Assembly (NCBI RefSeq): GCF_006345805.1
Contig: NC_043020.1
Location: forward strand, 24,614,001 to 24,678,000
Reading direction: 5' to 3'
Source: Octopus sinensis
Taxonomy: Eukaryota
DNA length: 64,000 bases
A program made the translations under genes and the position numbers. Under the pieces are notes generated by a model. The model ran no database searches, was not told the origin of the DNA, and saw nothing but the letters and a program-made list of their open reading frames with translations. Below, piece after piece: positions 27,632 to 40,925 of the stretch (positions within the stretch are counted from its first letter, which is position 1; each line of letters starts with the position of its first letter).

Positions 27632-28248
27632 GTCTTTCGTATACCACACTCGAATCGACGACACAAATTTCTGCAATATTTCGCTGATGTTCGGCTTTTT
27701 CCATACGTACTTTTGTGAGTTTGAATGTATGTGTGTGTGTATGTAAGTGTATGTGTGTGTGCGCGTGTATGCGCGTGTGTGTATGTATTGGGGTTGTGTA
27801 TAATGAGAGAGTTTTAACGATGTCTGCGAGACACATAACAAAACTGTTGATATTACATATCAGTGAAGAATTCTAACGAATATTGTCAATCAATGTAAAC
27901 ATTGATGAGAATATTTCAATAAAACTCTCTGCGATTTCAAAGCGAAGAGCATAAGAAAAACAGAGTGGAAATAAATATGGCTTTTGTTTGATGGCTTGAA
28001 GCTTCTATACACAGGCACGTCTGGATATATCAAAGATTATGACCTAATATGATAAACATATTATATATATATATATATATATATACAGAGAGAGAGAAGG
28101 AGAGGGAGAAAGAGAGAGAGGAGTAGAAAGGTAAAGAAAAAGAGGGATACATAATTATAGATAGAAAGATTAATTAAACTTTTAGAATATGAACAGACTT
28201 ATTGATAGATAAAAAGATTAGACAAATTGTTCAATATATTTGTAGAAT

Positions 28249-28249
<1 letters not shown>

Positions 28250-28279
<30 letters not shown>

Positions 28280-28290
28280 GACAGACAGAC

Positions 28291-28363
<73 letters not shown>

Positions 28364-28611
28364 CATAGATAGACACATAATACATACGTACATAACAGTT
28401 AGCCACATTGACAGACAGGCAGGCAAACAGACTGAGAGACAATAAGATAGATAAAAGTTAGCCAGACAAAGACAGATAGACAAACAGACAGTTCGACAGG
28501 CAGGCAGACAGACAGATAGACAGACAGACTGACAGAGACAGACAGAGACAGGTAGTCAGAGACAGACAGACAAACAGATAGACAGATAGGTAGACTGACA
28601 GACAGACAGAT

Positions 28612-28694
<83 letters not shown>

Positions 28695-28700
28695 AACAGA
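28250..28700. repeat. Compound (GACA)n/(GATA)n/(GA)n microsatellite
   Basis: Direct reading. Confidence 0.95.
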
Positions 28701-28945
28701 AAGACAGGTTGAAAAGTAAACTTGTTGCCACGCATGAAAATATTAAAATTGATGATAGATTGGTCGCGTGACAGATCGATAGACAGATTTGTTGACCGAT
28801 AGATAAGATGACCAAGGAACAATAAATACATTCATCTATATTGATAGGGATAAACAAACCGATCTATAGATATTCAATACATAGCTAAACATATGCAAGC
28901 ACTTACGTGTGTGCATGTATATGCATAATGTATGTATAAATACAG

Positions 28946-29325
28946 ACAGACAGACCCACACATACGAGGGTTGTCTTACAGTTCAAAATATCTGATGGTC
29001 TGAGCAGAGGAGCGAAATAGAGATTCAAGAACAAACTCTACACCTGACACGTCATACCTGATGATATTTTGGGGAACTTCCACACCACTGTATAGTGCGA
29101 AGCTTACGCAGACAGACCCACAGCTTACGCAGACAGACCCACAGCTTACGCAGATAGACACACAGACAGACCCACACATACGAGGGTTGTCTTACAGTTC
29201 AAAATATCTGATGGTCTGAGCAGAGGAGCGAAATGGAGATTCAAGAACAAACTCTACACCTGACACGTCATAACTGATGATATTCTGGGGAACTTCCACA
29301 CCACTGTATAGTGCGAAGCTTACGC
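28946..29325. repeat. Tandem duplication of ~165 bp (period 216 bp) with internal 21-bp junction repeats
   Basis: catacgagggttgtcttacag...gtgcgaagcttacgc occurs at 28961-29109 and 29177-29325; AGCTTACGCAGACAGACCCAC is repeated between the units. Confidence 0.92.
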
Positions 29326-29502
29326 GATAGCATTGATGCTGTTGCTAAACACACAACATGGAATTGAAAATCTATCAAAGTGTTTCGCTCGAGGTGGCTT
29401 CAGAGATTCATCATATAATATATATATATAGTAGAAACTCGGTTTTCGAACTCTCATCAAGAATAAATCGTTCTTTATCTCTTGTCTTTCTCATATTTAA
29501 TA

Positions 29503-29830
29503 CAATAGTACCTCGGTTTACGAACGCCTCTGATCACAAATAAATCGTGCTTTATATATATATATATATATATATATTATTTTCTTCTTTTATTTGTGTC
29601 AGTCATTTGACTGCGGCTATACTAGAGTATAGTTACGGGGACAAACACACACATACATATAAATACATATGTTTCCGTCTACTAAACCCACTCACAAGGG
29701 TTTGGTCAGCCCGAGTCTATAGTTGAAGACACTTGCCCAAGGTGCCACGCAGTGGAGCTGAACCCGGAATCATGTGGGTGATAAACGATTTATTCGCGAT
29801 CAGAGTTGTTCGAAAACCGAGGTACTACTA
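29503..29830. mobile_element. pogo/Tigger-like TIR pair enclosing a SINE B fragment (29585-29778, - strand)
   Basis: TA|CAATAGTACCTCGGTTTACGAAC...AATAAATCGT and ACGATTTATTCGCGATCAGAGTTGTTCGAAAACCGAGGTACTACT are ~45-bp inverted repeats; an extra TIR copy lies at ~29430-29472. Confidence 0.72.
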
Positions 29831-30491
29831 TATATATATATATAAACTCCTCACCTTTAAACTTCTCTGCTTCATAATACGAAATATAAGATTTTTTTTC
29901 TACCCCAATGATGGACGCTCGATTTATCCAATGTTTATCTCCTTCCATTGCTGTCTGCATACAATTTTGGGGAACCTACATCTACCAATATTATGAGGGA
30001 TCTCTCAGCCCGCATATATATTGTATATATTGGATATATATTGTATACCAAACCCAAACTGTTATATTTAATCTGTTTATCTACATAATTGCCTCCATAC
30101 CTGCTCACCTGGATTCCTCTTACAACTACCCATTCACCCTCAGAAATGGTCCCTACTTAAGTTGGAATTATTTGAGCGCTGCGAAGTATCTTCTATACCG
30201 AGAATCTTTGAATTTTATCCGTTCACTACGTACACACCCACACACACAAAGTCTCTCAGTTCACTTTCCCCCCACCACACAGACACACACCATGTGTACA
30301 ACCTTGAACAAAGCCACTTGGATGAATATACCCTGGATGAACATGTACTGAAACGGAATCAACGAAATGTTCAAGGGAAAGCAGAAACACGTGTCGGATG
30401 GAAATATTGTGTTCTTGCATATATATATATATATTATATATATATATATAATTTAAAAAAGGATATGTGGAACACGAGTTGTGATATATAA

Positions 30492-30801
30492 AAAAAGGAA
30501 ATGAAGAAAATGCTGACAAAATAATTTAAGTAAGGGAGAGTGTATTAATTAGGTGAAAGTTTTTTACCGGTTGCGCATTTGTTATGCTTATCAAAAGATA
30601 TTTTTTAAAGAAGATAGAGTTCCTTTCTGATAGATTTTTTCTCAGATAAGAGAAAACAATCTATCAGAAGGAACTCTATCTCTTTTTAAAAAATATCTTT
30701 TGATAAGCATAACAAATGCGCAACCGGTAAAAATCTTTCACCTAATTAAATACACTCTCCCTTACTTAAATTATTTTGTCAGCATTTTCTTCATTTCCTT
30801 T

Positions 30802-30802
<1 letters not shown>
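30492..30802. repeat. Near-perfect palindrome (~150-bp arms, 6-bp loop at 30644-30649), probable PLE-derived fold-back
   Basis: Arms are reverse complements with few indels; flanked by (TA)n; hammerhead-like variant motif in both arms. Confidence 0.9.
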
Positions 30803-30835
<33 letters not shown>

Positions 30836-30850
30836 ATATCTATTATTACG

Positions 30851-30885
<35 letters not shown>

Positions 30886-30888
30886 TAC

Positions 30889-30923
<35 letters not shown>

Positions 30924-30935
30924 GATATACATATA

Positions 30936-30987
<52 letters not shown>

Positions 30988-31182
30988 CACATATATAAAC
31001 ACATATAATTATATATATACACATACTATATATATACATTATAATATATATACATATATATACTATACACATATATATATATATACTATATATATATATA
31101 CATATATATATATTCTATATATATATATACATATAAATATACTATACATATTATTATATATACATATATTATAGATAGATAC

Positions 31183-31246
<64 letters not shown>

Positions 31247-31290
31247 TTATATATATTATATATATAATATATATATATATATATGCACAT
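30803..31290. repeat. Long degenerate (TA)n tract
   Basis: Direct reading. Confidence 0.95.
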
Positions 31291-32017
31291 AGACACACGT
31301 GTATATGTATTTTCATGACTGTGTGGTGAATGCTTAACGTATAGGTGTGTGTTAAATTATCTGATGTAGAACTTCATACAATCTGTAGAGAAGAAAAACA
31401 CATTTTTGTATCCTAAAGAGCGAAGGTGGCGTGACTCATCTGCAAGTGAGAGGAGTGACGCGGCGAATTTTAAGAGTAACCATTTATGAGTGGAAAAAAA
31501 TGTCACTTTTATGAGAAAGTATTCTGAGTGAGTTTCTACAGTGGCATGTCAGTCGCCTTTACTATAGCTTGGCAGTGTGTACCACTTCAAGTATACCACT
31601 CCTCAATAAGTTTAATCTACAAGCAGAAGTAGTTACCAGGGTATGACTGTGACTAGCGTTGGAGCCAAAGGTGTGAGTCAGGTGAGAACCAGGTGAGTAC
31701 CCGTTCATCGCCAAGGATTCTGCTGTCGGAAACCAAAGTATTCTTTTTACCAGAAAACTACAAAAGGGTCTAGAGTGGCATCCGAACGTCTAGTTGCACC
31801 GAGGTAAATTGGTGATGATGATGATGATGCATATATATGCGTATACACACATACAGTATCAAAGTTGCCTATTTCTTCGTAGATTGAAGACAAAAATAAC
31901 GAACAACCTTTATATATATATATATATATAATTAAAATAAGTAACAGAATATCAAGTAGTGATGCAGTACGACCGTTTCAAGAGGCTACACCCCCCACAT
32001 GTGTATATATATATATA

Positions 32018-32055
<38 letters not shown>

Positions 32056-33697
32056 TATATAGAGAGAGAGGGAGAGAGAGAGAGAGAGAGAATTGGTTGG
32101 TTACAAGATTTATTAGAATCTAGGCGCACCCTCATTTATTTAGTATGTTGGTTGTTGAACAGGTCAGCATCAAGGTTTTACCTTAGCCGTTTAAAATTTT
32201 ACCTGAGATTTACTCTCTGACGTAATCTGTGATATCAATAAAATCCTACCGAACAGCTGTAATATATTGAAAATCCCATTTTAGTCACACACACACACGG
32301 TGAGCTTTTGTGCAGTATCCTTCTACGAAATTCCCTGACGTTGCATTAGTCGGAGCGAGGTGGTTGAAGAAGATCCTTGTTCCAAGTGTTGCAGATAGGA
32401 ATGGAACTCGCAGCCTCATGGATACGAAACGAATTCCTTAACCACGCCTCAATGTCTGCAGTTCTACACATACGCTTACAGTATATGCTGAAGAAGAAGA
32501 TTGACACTGTTAAGTCAATTAACGATACGTTCGCCGTTCGCTATATGCATGAGGTAGGCGGCGGTGGAGACGGGTGTTCGTATCCCCCCCACCCCTACTT
32601 TGTACAACCAGTCGGGTAGAAGGAAGGGGTGCGTGACTTGAAAAGTGCTTCAACAGTCGGAATGGATGTGGTGGTGGTGAGTGGTTGTGTGTAGGGGTGG
32701 GTGAGAGTATTAGGTGGGGAAGGTATGGAGGAAGGAGTCGGTGTCGGGGAGAAGGAAAAGTGAGGCATTCATGAATGGTTATCAGTATAGAAGTATCGAG
32801 AGAGATACACACACATACATGCGCACACACACACACACACACACACTTATTCCATATCGTACCTTCATACAAACTCGTATACACAGATAAGCATACGCAC
32901 CTAAAACAACACAAGTTGTTCATACATACACACAACCCCCACCCCCATATATCCTTCTCCCACCTCTTCACCTCACTATGTAAGCTCTGTTGTTTGTGTA
33001 ACGCCACCTAGCGGTAGGAATAACAACATGAAAGTGAAGAAAAACTGCAGAAACAACAGAGATTCGATCGCCGACCGCTTTGCTTCTATAATCGTCCCTT
33101 GCCATTACTCGCATCCCCACCACTACGTAAACCGCCAACACCAACACCATTACTTCAACCACCACCACAGCTATACAGCAATGGCAATATGGCCGCCATT
33201 CTTCTTCAATACCACGCCGCCATTTTGTTTCGAGTTTTTTTTCCCCTTTTCTTTTCCAACTTTGTTTTCTCTCAAAGCAAAATTCAGAAGTTTTTTTTTC
33301 TTCTTTCTTTTGTTAATCGCCGCCATTACATGAAAGAAATACTTTGGATGTTACGAATTTGATGCTGTTCTGTTTACTAATGTTGCTGTTGTTGTTATTG
33401 TTTCTGATTGTTGTTGCTGTTGTTAAGCACCAGGTCAACCCTGATGGAGCAGAACCGATAATCAAAAGCATTTTCGCCATGATTCATGCCGTCTTTCCTT
33501 TTTTATTTCTTTTTTTTTTTACTGAGATAGTGTATCTAGGACTACATTATCTAACATTACCTTTGTTTTTCTTTTTGAGACGGCAGGGTTTCATTTAAGA
33601 AAGATTTGGCTGCTATTTCTCGTGCTTCCTCGTGGTTCGAACCGTGCTCTCTCTCCCTCCTACACACACCACACACACACACACACTCACACACATG

Positions 33698-33732
<35 letters not shown>

Positions 33733-35074
33733 CGTCTTTGAATAATTGTTATTTAATCCGAAATTGGCCCTGATTGAGTAGACATAATCAAAGATCTTCC
33801 AGCCGTGGCACCTTCTTTTATTCTATATCAACAATTCGATTCACAGCGGACTACATTATTCAGTTTCATCCTTATCTCATTAAATGCAATACTTTATTCT
33901 TTATGAGTAACTAGGCTCTATTTCTCGCATTTTGACCGACCAATTATTTACACCACGTCGTTGACTTGTTGATGCCATCGATGATGATGGCGACGGTGGT
34001 GCTTGGTAGAGAATGGAAAGCTAAATAAACTTTAAGGATATATGAGGCCAGGAGGTCACGCCCGTCGTTAAGGTGGCGCTGAGAAGGATTAAATATCCCC
34101 TCGCTGTTCAGTGGAGCACCCTCAGATTTACAGAGATACATTTATTTCGAAAATCCACTTCAGCGTTATTACAAATTAGTGTCCACCCAGAGCCTTTTTA
34201 AGCACCCCTAGACACCAAATACTGGAGAGGAACTTGGACTGGGATCGTTCTGGAAACGAACAAACTGCATCTTTCATGTACATCTCCAGAAAAAAATATT
34301 TGGTCTAATATCAAATTGAAATCATAAAATATATTGTCAATATTTGAGAATATCGTTTGCTTATGATGTCAAAAACTCACAGACATAGCCAGTGTTTCAC
34401 TTTAGTCGTCGTCATATACACATAGTATACAACTGGTACAATGAAATGCTAACTAGTACAGCAAATATGGTCAGCAATTCACTATTATATCTACATGCGT
34501 AGTTAGTATTTGTGCAAGCTATACTAATATTACATTGTAATAGTTGCACTGCTAATAATATCTCTATATTTGTGAGCAGTTTTTGAATGCATTTTGCGCT
34601 AACCACTATTTTATTAAACGTCATTATCTGAAACAATCTGAGATGTTATGTACATCCTAGACGTATGAGCACGCGCCGCATGTGTGTGTGTGTAAACGAA
34701 TTTGTCTACACGTAATTGATGGTCAATAGTCTGATGTATTTTGCATGCTATCTATTAATCTAGACATGGATTGTTAAACCATAGAATGAATAATAATTTG
34801 GATGTAAAAATCGATGGCTATTTTGGATTATATTTGCATGCAATCTTATTGATCAGATGTGTGGTCACTATTTCATATATTTCGCATTACCAAAAATGCT
34901 TATAATCAACAATATGCGAAAGAAACTATGCTGATACACACACACAACACACACACGAGTAGGTCTCCTCGCGATGGTCGAGTTTAGTTTCGTTGTTGCC
35001 GTTGGATATGTAATTGTCGATTAAACACAAAAGGAGAAAACGTTTTTAGTGAAAGTAATGTGGTAGATAGATAG

Positions 35075-35113
<39 letters not shown>

Positions 35114-35479
35114 CAGACAGACAGACAGACAGACAGACAGAGAAAGACAGACAGGGAGAGTTACATTAGCAAGTTGTTTGTCATGCGTTGAAGATGAGAT
35201 TGTACAATTGCTGCTTCCGGTGCAATGATAGCTTTCACCAAATTAAGATTATATTGTCAAAGTTACTTTTGGCATTACTTTCTAAGCAGCCAAGCAAACA
35301 GGCACCATACAATGGATAAGTAATTCACAACAGAAAAGTTAGTTGTTAAAGCTGTTTATATATTTATTTTTTTCTTAAACGATATAAATACAATTAAAAG
35401 CTACATATTTCATTTGTCAGAAGATATCGCAACTAAGTGATACACCATACGTTCTTACAAGTCAGACACGATGTACACA

Positions 35480-35850
35480 CGCTATTGCAGCACGTCGCTA
35501 CTATTTGTCGGTATTTCCTTGCGTTGTCCCGGAACTCTCCGAGCAGTGTCCAAATCAGCCCCCATTTCCATGAAATACTTCATCATCCGCAGTGGCCATA
35601 TGGTATGTGATCGAGCAATACAAACCGTTACCCCAGCGGGTCTCTCAAAGAGAACACAATAAGCAGGACCTATCCCGGAATATCAAGCAACATGAGCAAA
35701 CAGTCTGAGCTGACACTCTCGAATCATGCAAGTGACAGGACGCAACGCAGTTTCTGATAAGGGTTGTTGGCTGGATACAAAATCCGACAAATGGCAACCC
35801 ACAATCCTGTGAAGCATCCTGTTATCAAAAGGGTTCAAGCGGAAAGTGTC
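35480..35850 (-). mobile_element. RTE-clade LINE 3' coding fragment (pseudogenised)
   Basis: Minus strand reads FDNRMLHRIVGCHLSDFVSSQQPLSETALRPVTCMIRECQLRLFAHVA*, matching the RTE post-RT motif FD..CLRRI.G..W.D.VSN....ET.......IR.RQLRLFGHVAR. Confidence 0.8.
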
Positions 35851-36052
35851 CAAGTCTCACAAAAGTACAGAAAGACAGCGGGGGACCAGAAACTTGAACT
35901 GGTTAAAAAATGTCAGCAGAAGGGCATCCAAAAGTCATGATCCCGATGCTGCATAACCTTCGTGGAAAGCATGATCTTAAGGGTGAAAACACCTGCCTGG
36001 AGTAGGGTTGTTCAGCTCCCTTGGGAGTTTCTTCTGATCCCAAACACACACA

Positions 36053-36135
<83 letters not shown>

Positions 36136-36435
36136 ACGGAAATTGGGGATTCATTTCTGCTTTCTTTTTTGTAACATCTTTCGTTAAGCGAATCATTTTA
36201 TAACTTTGACTTCATACTTTTTCATTTGTCTGGTTGTATTGATGAATACACGCAAGTCACGTGATTGCCAGTTCGAATATCATCGATCAGTTTCATCAAT
36301 GAATGCAAGACCAGTAAATATACGGAGAGATTTGCAAGGAAAGCCTGAAAGCAACAATTCTGCGCATGTGTGTGTAACCGGGCACGGGTTCCCGAGTGCG
36401 TATATGTATATATATTTCTTTCTCTCTCTCTCTCC

Positions 36436-36473
<38 letters not shown>

Positions 36474-36607
36474 ATATATATATATATACACACTTTCATA
36501 TGCTCATTGTTCTAGATTTTTCTGATGTTGCTATGCTGAGATCTTTGCGTGCGCGCGTCTGGGAGTGAGCGTATATCGGTATTTATGTATACACAAACTT
36601 ATGTGTT

Positions 36608-36641
<34 letters not shown>

Positions 36642-37161
36642 CACCCACACTGCTGTTTTTTGTGGGGATTGTTGTGCAAACATGAACAAAAGCACATTTT
36701 ACGCTTTAGCTATTCCGTTCTTTGTACACACCCCTTTGTTTTCATGTTATCTTAATTTATGGATTTTTCTATCTTTTTTTTCTGTTGAATTCTTTATTTT
36801 ATTATATTTCGATTTTCTTTGTTTTTTTCTTTTATTTTTATATATTTTCACCCGTTAAGTTTTCTCTTTAATAACAAAAACTTTCTACATATCCCTTATA
36901 TCAACCATTCTCTTTCTCTCTACGTCTATCTATCAATACATCTCTCTCTCTCTTTCTTTCTCTCTCTCTCTCTCTTTCTCTCTCTCACGCACACACTTTT
37001 CTGTCTGTGTATATGTATATCCATCTCGTTATATTTATCTATCAATATATCTAAGTACACACACACAATATTTCTATCAATCACCTGTCTGCCTAAATTT
37101 GCTCTTGTTTCTCTCTTTTCCTTCTCTCACACACGCACAATATACATACATTATATATATA

Positions 37162-37196
<35 letters not shown>

Positions 37197-37649
37197 CTTA
37201 CATGCTATTCCAGATCGTTAAACATGGCTGACATCTTACTTAAAATGTTGCCCCCAACAAGGCCTCATCCCCACCCCTCCCCACCATCTTTCCATCTCGC
37301 TTCATCCTACGCCGTTGTCTCTCATTTAACTTTACCCATCACCCCACCAACACTACGCCACCACTACCACCACCCACAACAGCCTACCCTCTCTTCACCA
37401 ACACCTTCCTCTCTCCCTCTCACCTAATTCTGCTCATCTTTCCAAGACACTGTTTTTTTCTGTTTTAAGCTTCGTTTTTGCGTCGCTTTATATTTTAATA
37501 TGTTTCCAACCTGTCTTCATGATGAACTGGTTTGTAGGTGTGTGGGTCGGCCGGTCGGTTGGTTGGTGGGTGGGTGGGTTGGTAGTTGTGTGGGTTGGTT
37601 GGTGTATATTCCTATGTATATTCTTATGTGGAGAGCGTTCTTAGACATA

Positions 37650-37650
37650 G

Positions 37651-37727
<77 letters not shown>

Positions 37728-37823
37728 GTAGGTAGGTAGGTAGGTAGATGGTAGACAGATAGATAGGCAGATGGCTAGGTAGGCAGACAGAGAGACAGAC
37801 AAGCAGGCAGCAGACAAACAGGC

Positions 37824-37884
<61 letters not shown>

Positions 37885-37899
37885 TATATATATATATAT

Positions 37900-37963
<64 letters not shown>

Positions 37964-37965
37964 GA
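37650..37965. repeat. (GATA)n/(GGTA)n compound microsatellite
   Basis: Direct reading. Confidence 0.95.
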
Positions 37966-38179
37966 GACATTAGATATACAAACAAACAGACAGATTAATA
38001 AACATACGTTAGGCAGAAAGATGATAAAAAAATGCACATTGCCGGTAGCCAACTCATTCGGCACCGGACTTTAAATATCTGGTCCTATCTCAGCATTATC
38101 TCTCTGCCCCTATTATACGCCCTTTCGAGATATTCTACCCATTAAGTGGATTTGATTGACGAAGGCTGAGAGGGACCGT

Positions 38180-38222
<43 letters not shown>

Positions 38223-38451
38223 ATATATATATACATATATACATATATACAATAAATATATATACATACATATATACATATATATATATATCTATATATA
38301 TATATATATATATATACATACATATATACATATATATATACATACACAAATATATAGGTATATATATACACACATATATACATATATATACATATATAAA
38401 CACAAATAAATACATATATAAACATATATATATACATATACATATATACAC

Positions 38452-38488
<37 letters not shown>

Positions 38489-38517
38489 TACATTATATAT
38501 ATATATATTATATAATA

Positions 38518-38594
<77 letters not shown>

Positions 38595-38601
38595 CGCATA
38601 T

Positions 38602-38770
38602 CGTGCTGGACCCGCGCGAGCGGAAACGACCACTCGGAAGGCCACCACGACGGTCGAATTACGATTTCAGGAATTACGATTGGGATCACGTGGATGAGAA
38701 AGGCACCATCCAGAGAAGAGTGAACAGCGATGTCAAATGGACGCACTACAGACTCGTCAGTGAAGGTGAT
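38602..38770 (+). mobile_element. RTE-clade LINE extreme 3' fragment
   Basis: [14 protein letters not shown].. followed in a shifted frame by ITWMRKA resembles the RTE terminal W.PR..KR..GRP..RW.DD....W...A motif. Confidence 0.7.
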
Positions 38771-38843
38771 ACACACACACACACACACACAAATATATAT
38801 ATGGCCGCGGCCTTCAGGCTAAAACATTTTTAAGGATTTAAGG

Positions 38844-38899
<56 letters not shown>

Positions 38900-39330
38900 A
38901 TATATATCTAGAAAGAGAGAGAGAGAGAGTTAGCGATTGTAGTTAGTGACTAAGGGATAGAATATCCGTGTGTCCTTTCAGTATCCGTTACCTGTGTTAT
39001 CGTCGGGCAATGGTTTGCCGAGACATCATAAAAGTCGAGCAACGGCACAGGTGACAATAGGATAAACAAATGTTTATCAGGAACCAATGCAAATAATTAG
39101 AAAATAGAGAAAAACAGATTAACCAGTACATCGATAGGACAACATTTAAAGCAAGACATAACAAAGCTAACAGCTGTTTCTTATCTAAATTCCCAGAATG
39201 TAGTCTAGAAATAAATGTGATCCTATTGATGAACTGGTTAATATAAGTTTTTCTCCATTTTCCAATTATTTGTATGTGCATATATATTATATATATATAT
39301 ATCTATATATATATATATATATATATATTT

Positions 39331-39462
39331 ATTTATTTTATAGAAGGAGCTTCTACAGGACTAGAACTGTTTCATTCAAAAGAAATCATCAGGAAGCTTC
39401 CTGATGATTTCTTTTGAATGAAACAGTTCTAGTCCTGTAGAAGCTCCTTCTATAAAATAAAT
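39331..39462. repeat. Perfect 132-bp palindrome centred on AAGCTT (39394-39399)
   Basis: 66-bp arms exactly complementary by eye; (TA)n on the left, a unique ~65-bp tail and then (TA)n on the right. Confidence 0.95.
39395..39445 (+). ncRNA. Type I hammerhead ribozyme (identical copy on - strand at 39348-39398)
   Basis: AGCUUC-CUGAUGA-UUUC-UUUU-GAAU-GAA-ACAG-UUCUAGUC-CUGU-A-GAAGCU: stem I AGCUUC/GAAGCU, intact CUGAUGA and GAAA cores, stem III ACAG/CUGU, GUA triplet; stem II is weak (UUC/GAA, closing U-U). Confidence 0.75.
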
Positions 39463-39525
39463 TAATTTACTCTGCTATCTATTGAGTACCTTATTTACTG
39501 TGTTAACCCCGACTCAACCGGGACC

Positions 39526-39609
<84 letters not shown>

Positions 39610-40422
39610 GGTTTGGAGATGATGTACAGGTATTTTATATTAGAAGAAATGAGGTACTCAGAAATTCGGATGTTTTTATATTTACAGATATTTATTTGTA
39701 TATTACATGTTTTTATACATCATATAACTTATATATATATCATATATTAGCGCATTCTCCCATTCTAGTGGGGTTTTCAAATCGAAATATATATGCATAT
39801 ATATATATATATATATGCACATATTGGTACAGGACGTCACAAAACGTGAACATCATGAAATACGAAAACAACATGGAATACGAAAACAAAGTTGGGTATG
39901 GAAACGAGAGAAACAAATGGAAAACAAGACAAGTAAAATAAAGAACAACCCTTCATCAGTTGTCGGCTGTCTATCTATTCCTCATTTCGAGCATTGAATG
40001 ACAATAACAAACTTCGAAAAGCAGTTGCTCCCGGGACCCAAAATACAATTTAGGATTTTGCGGTGGGTCAAAGCTGGTAACAGAACAGGACACGGGGACA
40101 TACAAACAGACCAAACGAAAACAAACATGGACCAGGCGAGATAAAGTAGTGAACGCTGGAGAAATGTCAGATAAGAATAAGTGCGGTCTGTACTACAGAC
40201 TGAATTAAAAGGAAGATGATCACGTGAGGGAAAGAAAGATGGACGATGGTCCGTGTGAGCAATGTGAGAGAGTATAATGGAGAGGGATAGAAAACGGTGA
40301 AGGGGGGAACAGAGAATTAGAGAAAGGATGAGAGAGAAAACGAAAGAGAGAGGGAGAACAGTACAGTGTAGAGTCGCATCAAAATAAAGATAAACTTATA
40401 TGGAAATGGATGCGTAGTGTTC

Positions 40423-40480
<58 letters not shown>

Positions 40481-40566
40481 CATAATATATATATATATAT
40501 ATGCGGTGCCCCAGCATGGCCACAACTCATGAGCTGAAACTAGAATCAATCAATCATATATATATA

Positions 40567-40925
40567 CTAGCAGTATGACCCGGCGTTGCCGGGTCATAGT
40601 GCTAGTGCATGCATATACAGCTGCGTGCGTGCGCACATACACGCGAGTACTGTCCAAATCTCCGACCAATCACATTCAGGTAGCTGGCATTCAATTGGCG
40701 TATCAAGTTTCGGGCATTTTGATTGGATTTTGGATAGAAAATTCACAAAAAAGTCACTTCCATTGATTTTTTAATAGCTTTGCCGGTGACTGTGGAACTG
40801 TAAAAATGTGCACGACCACGTTTAGACGGCTTTGAATGACCATAGAAAGTGCGAGCCCTCTAACTGAAAAATTGTGGATTTATATAAAGGACACACACAC
40901 AGACATTTTGCCGTTTATATATATA
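40567..40925 (-). mobile_element. Non-autonomous Helitron
   Basis: Minus strand starts TATATAAACGGCAAAATGTCTGTG (as in the 15102 element) and ends with hairpin TATGACCCGGC-AAC-GCCGGGTCATA then CTGCTAG|T. Confidence 0.82.

Noticed and set aside
29101-29163. CRISPR-like short repeat array
   Set aside because: Contiguous 21-bp tandem repeats without unique spacers; eukaryotic context and no cas genes.
39930-40000. Minus-strand CGAAA...CTGATGA as a type II hammerhead
   Set aside because: No stem I or stem III hairpins between the boxes; the region may still be TE-derived.
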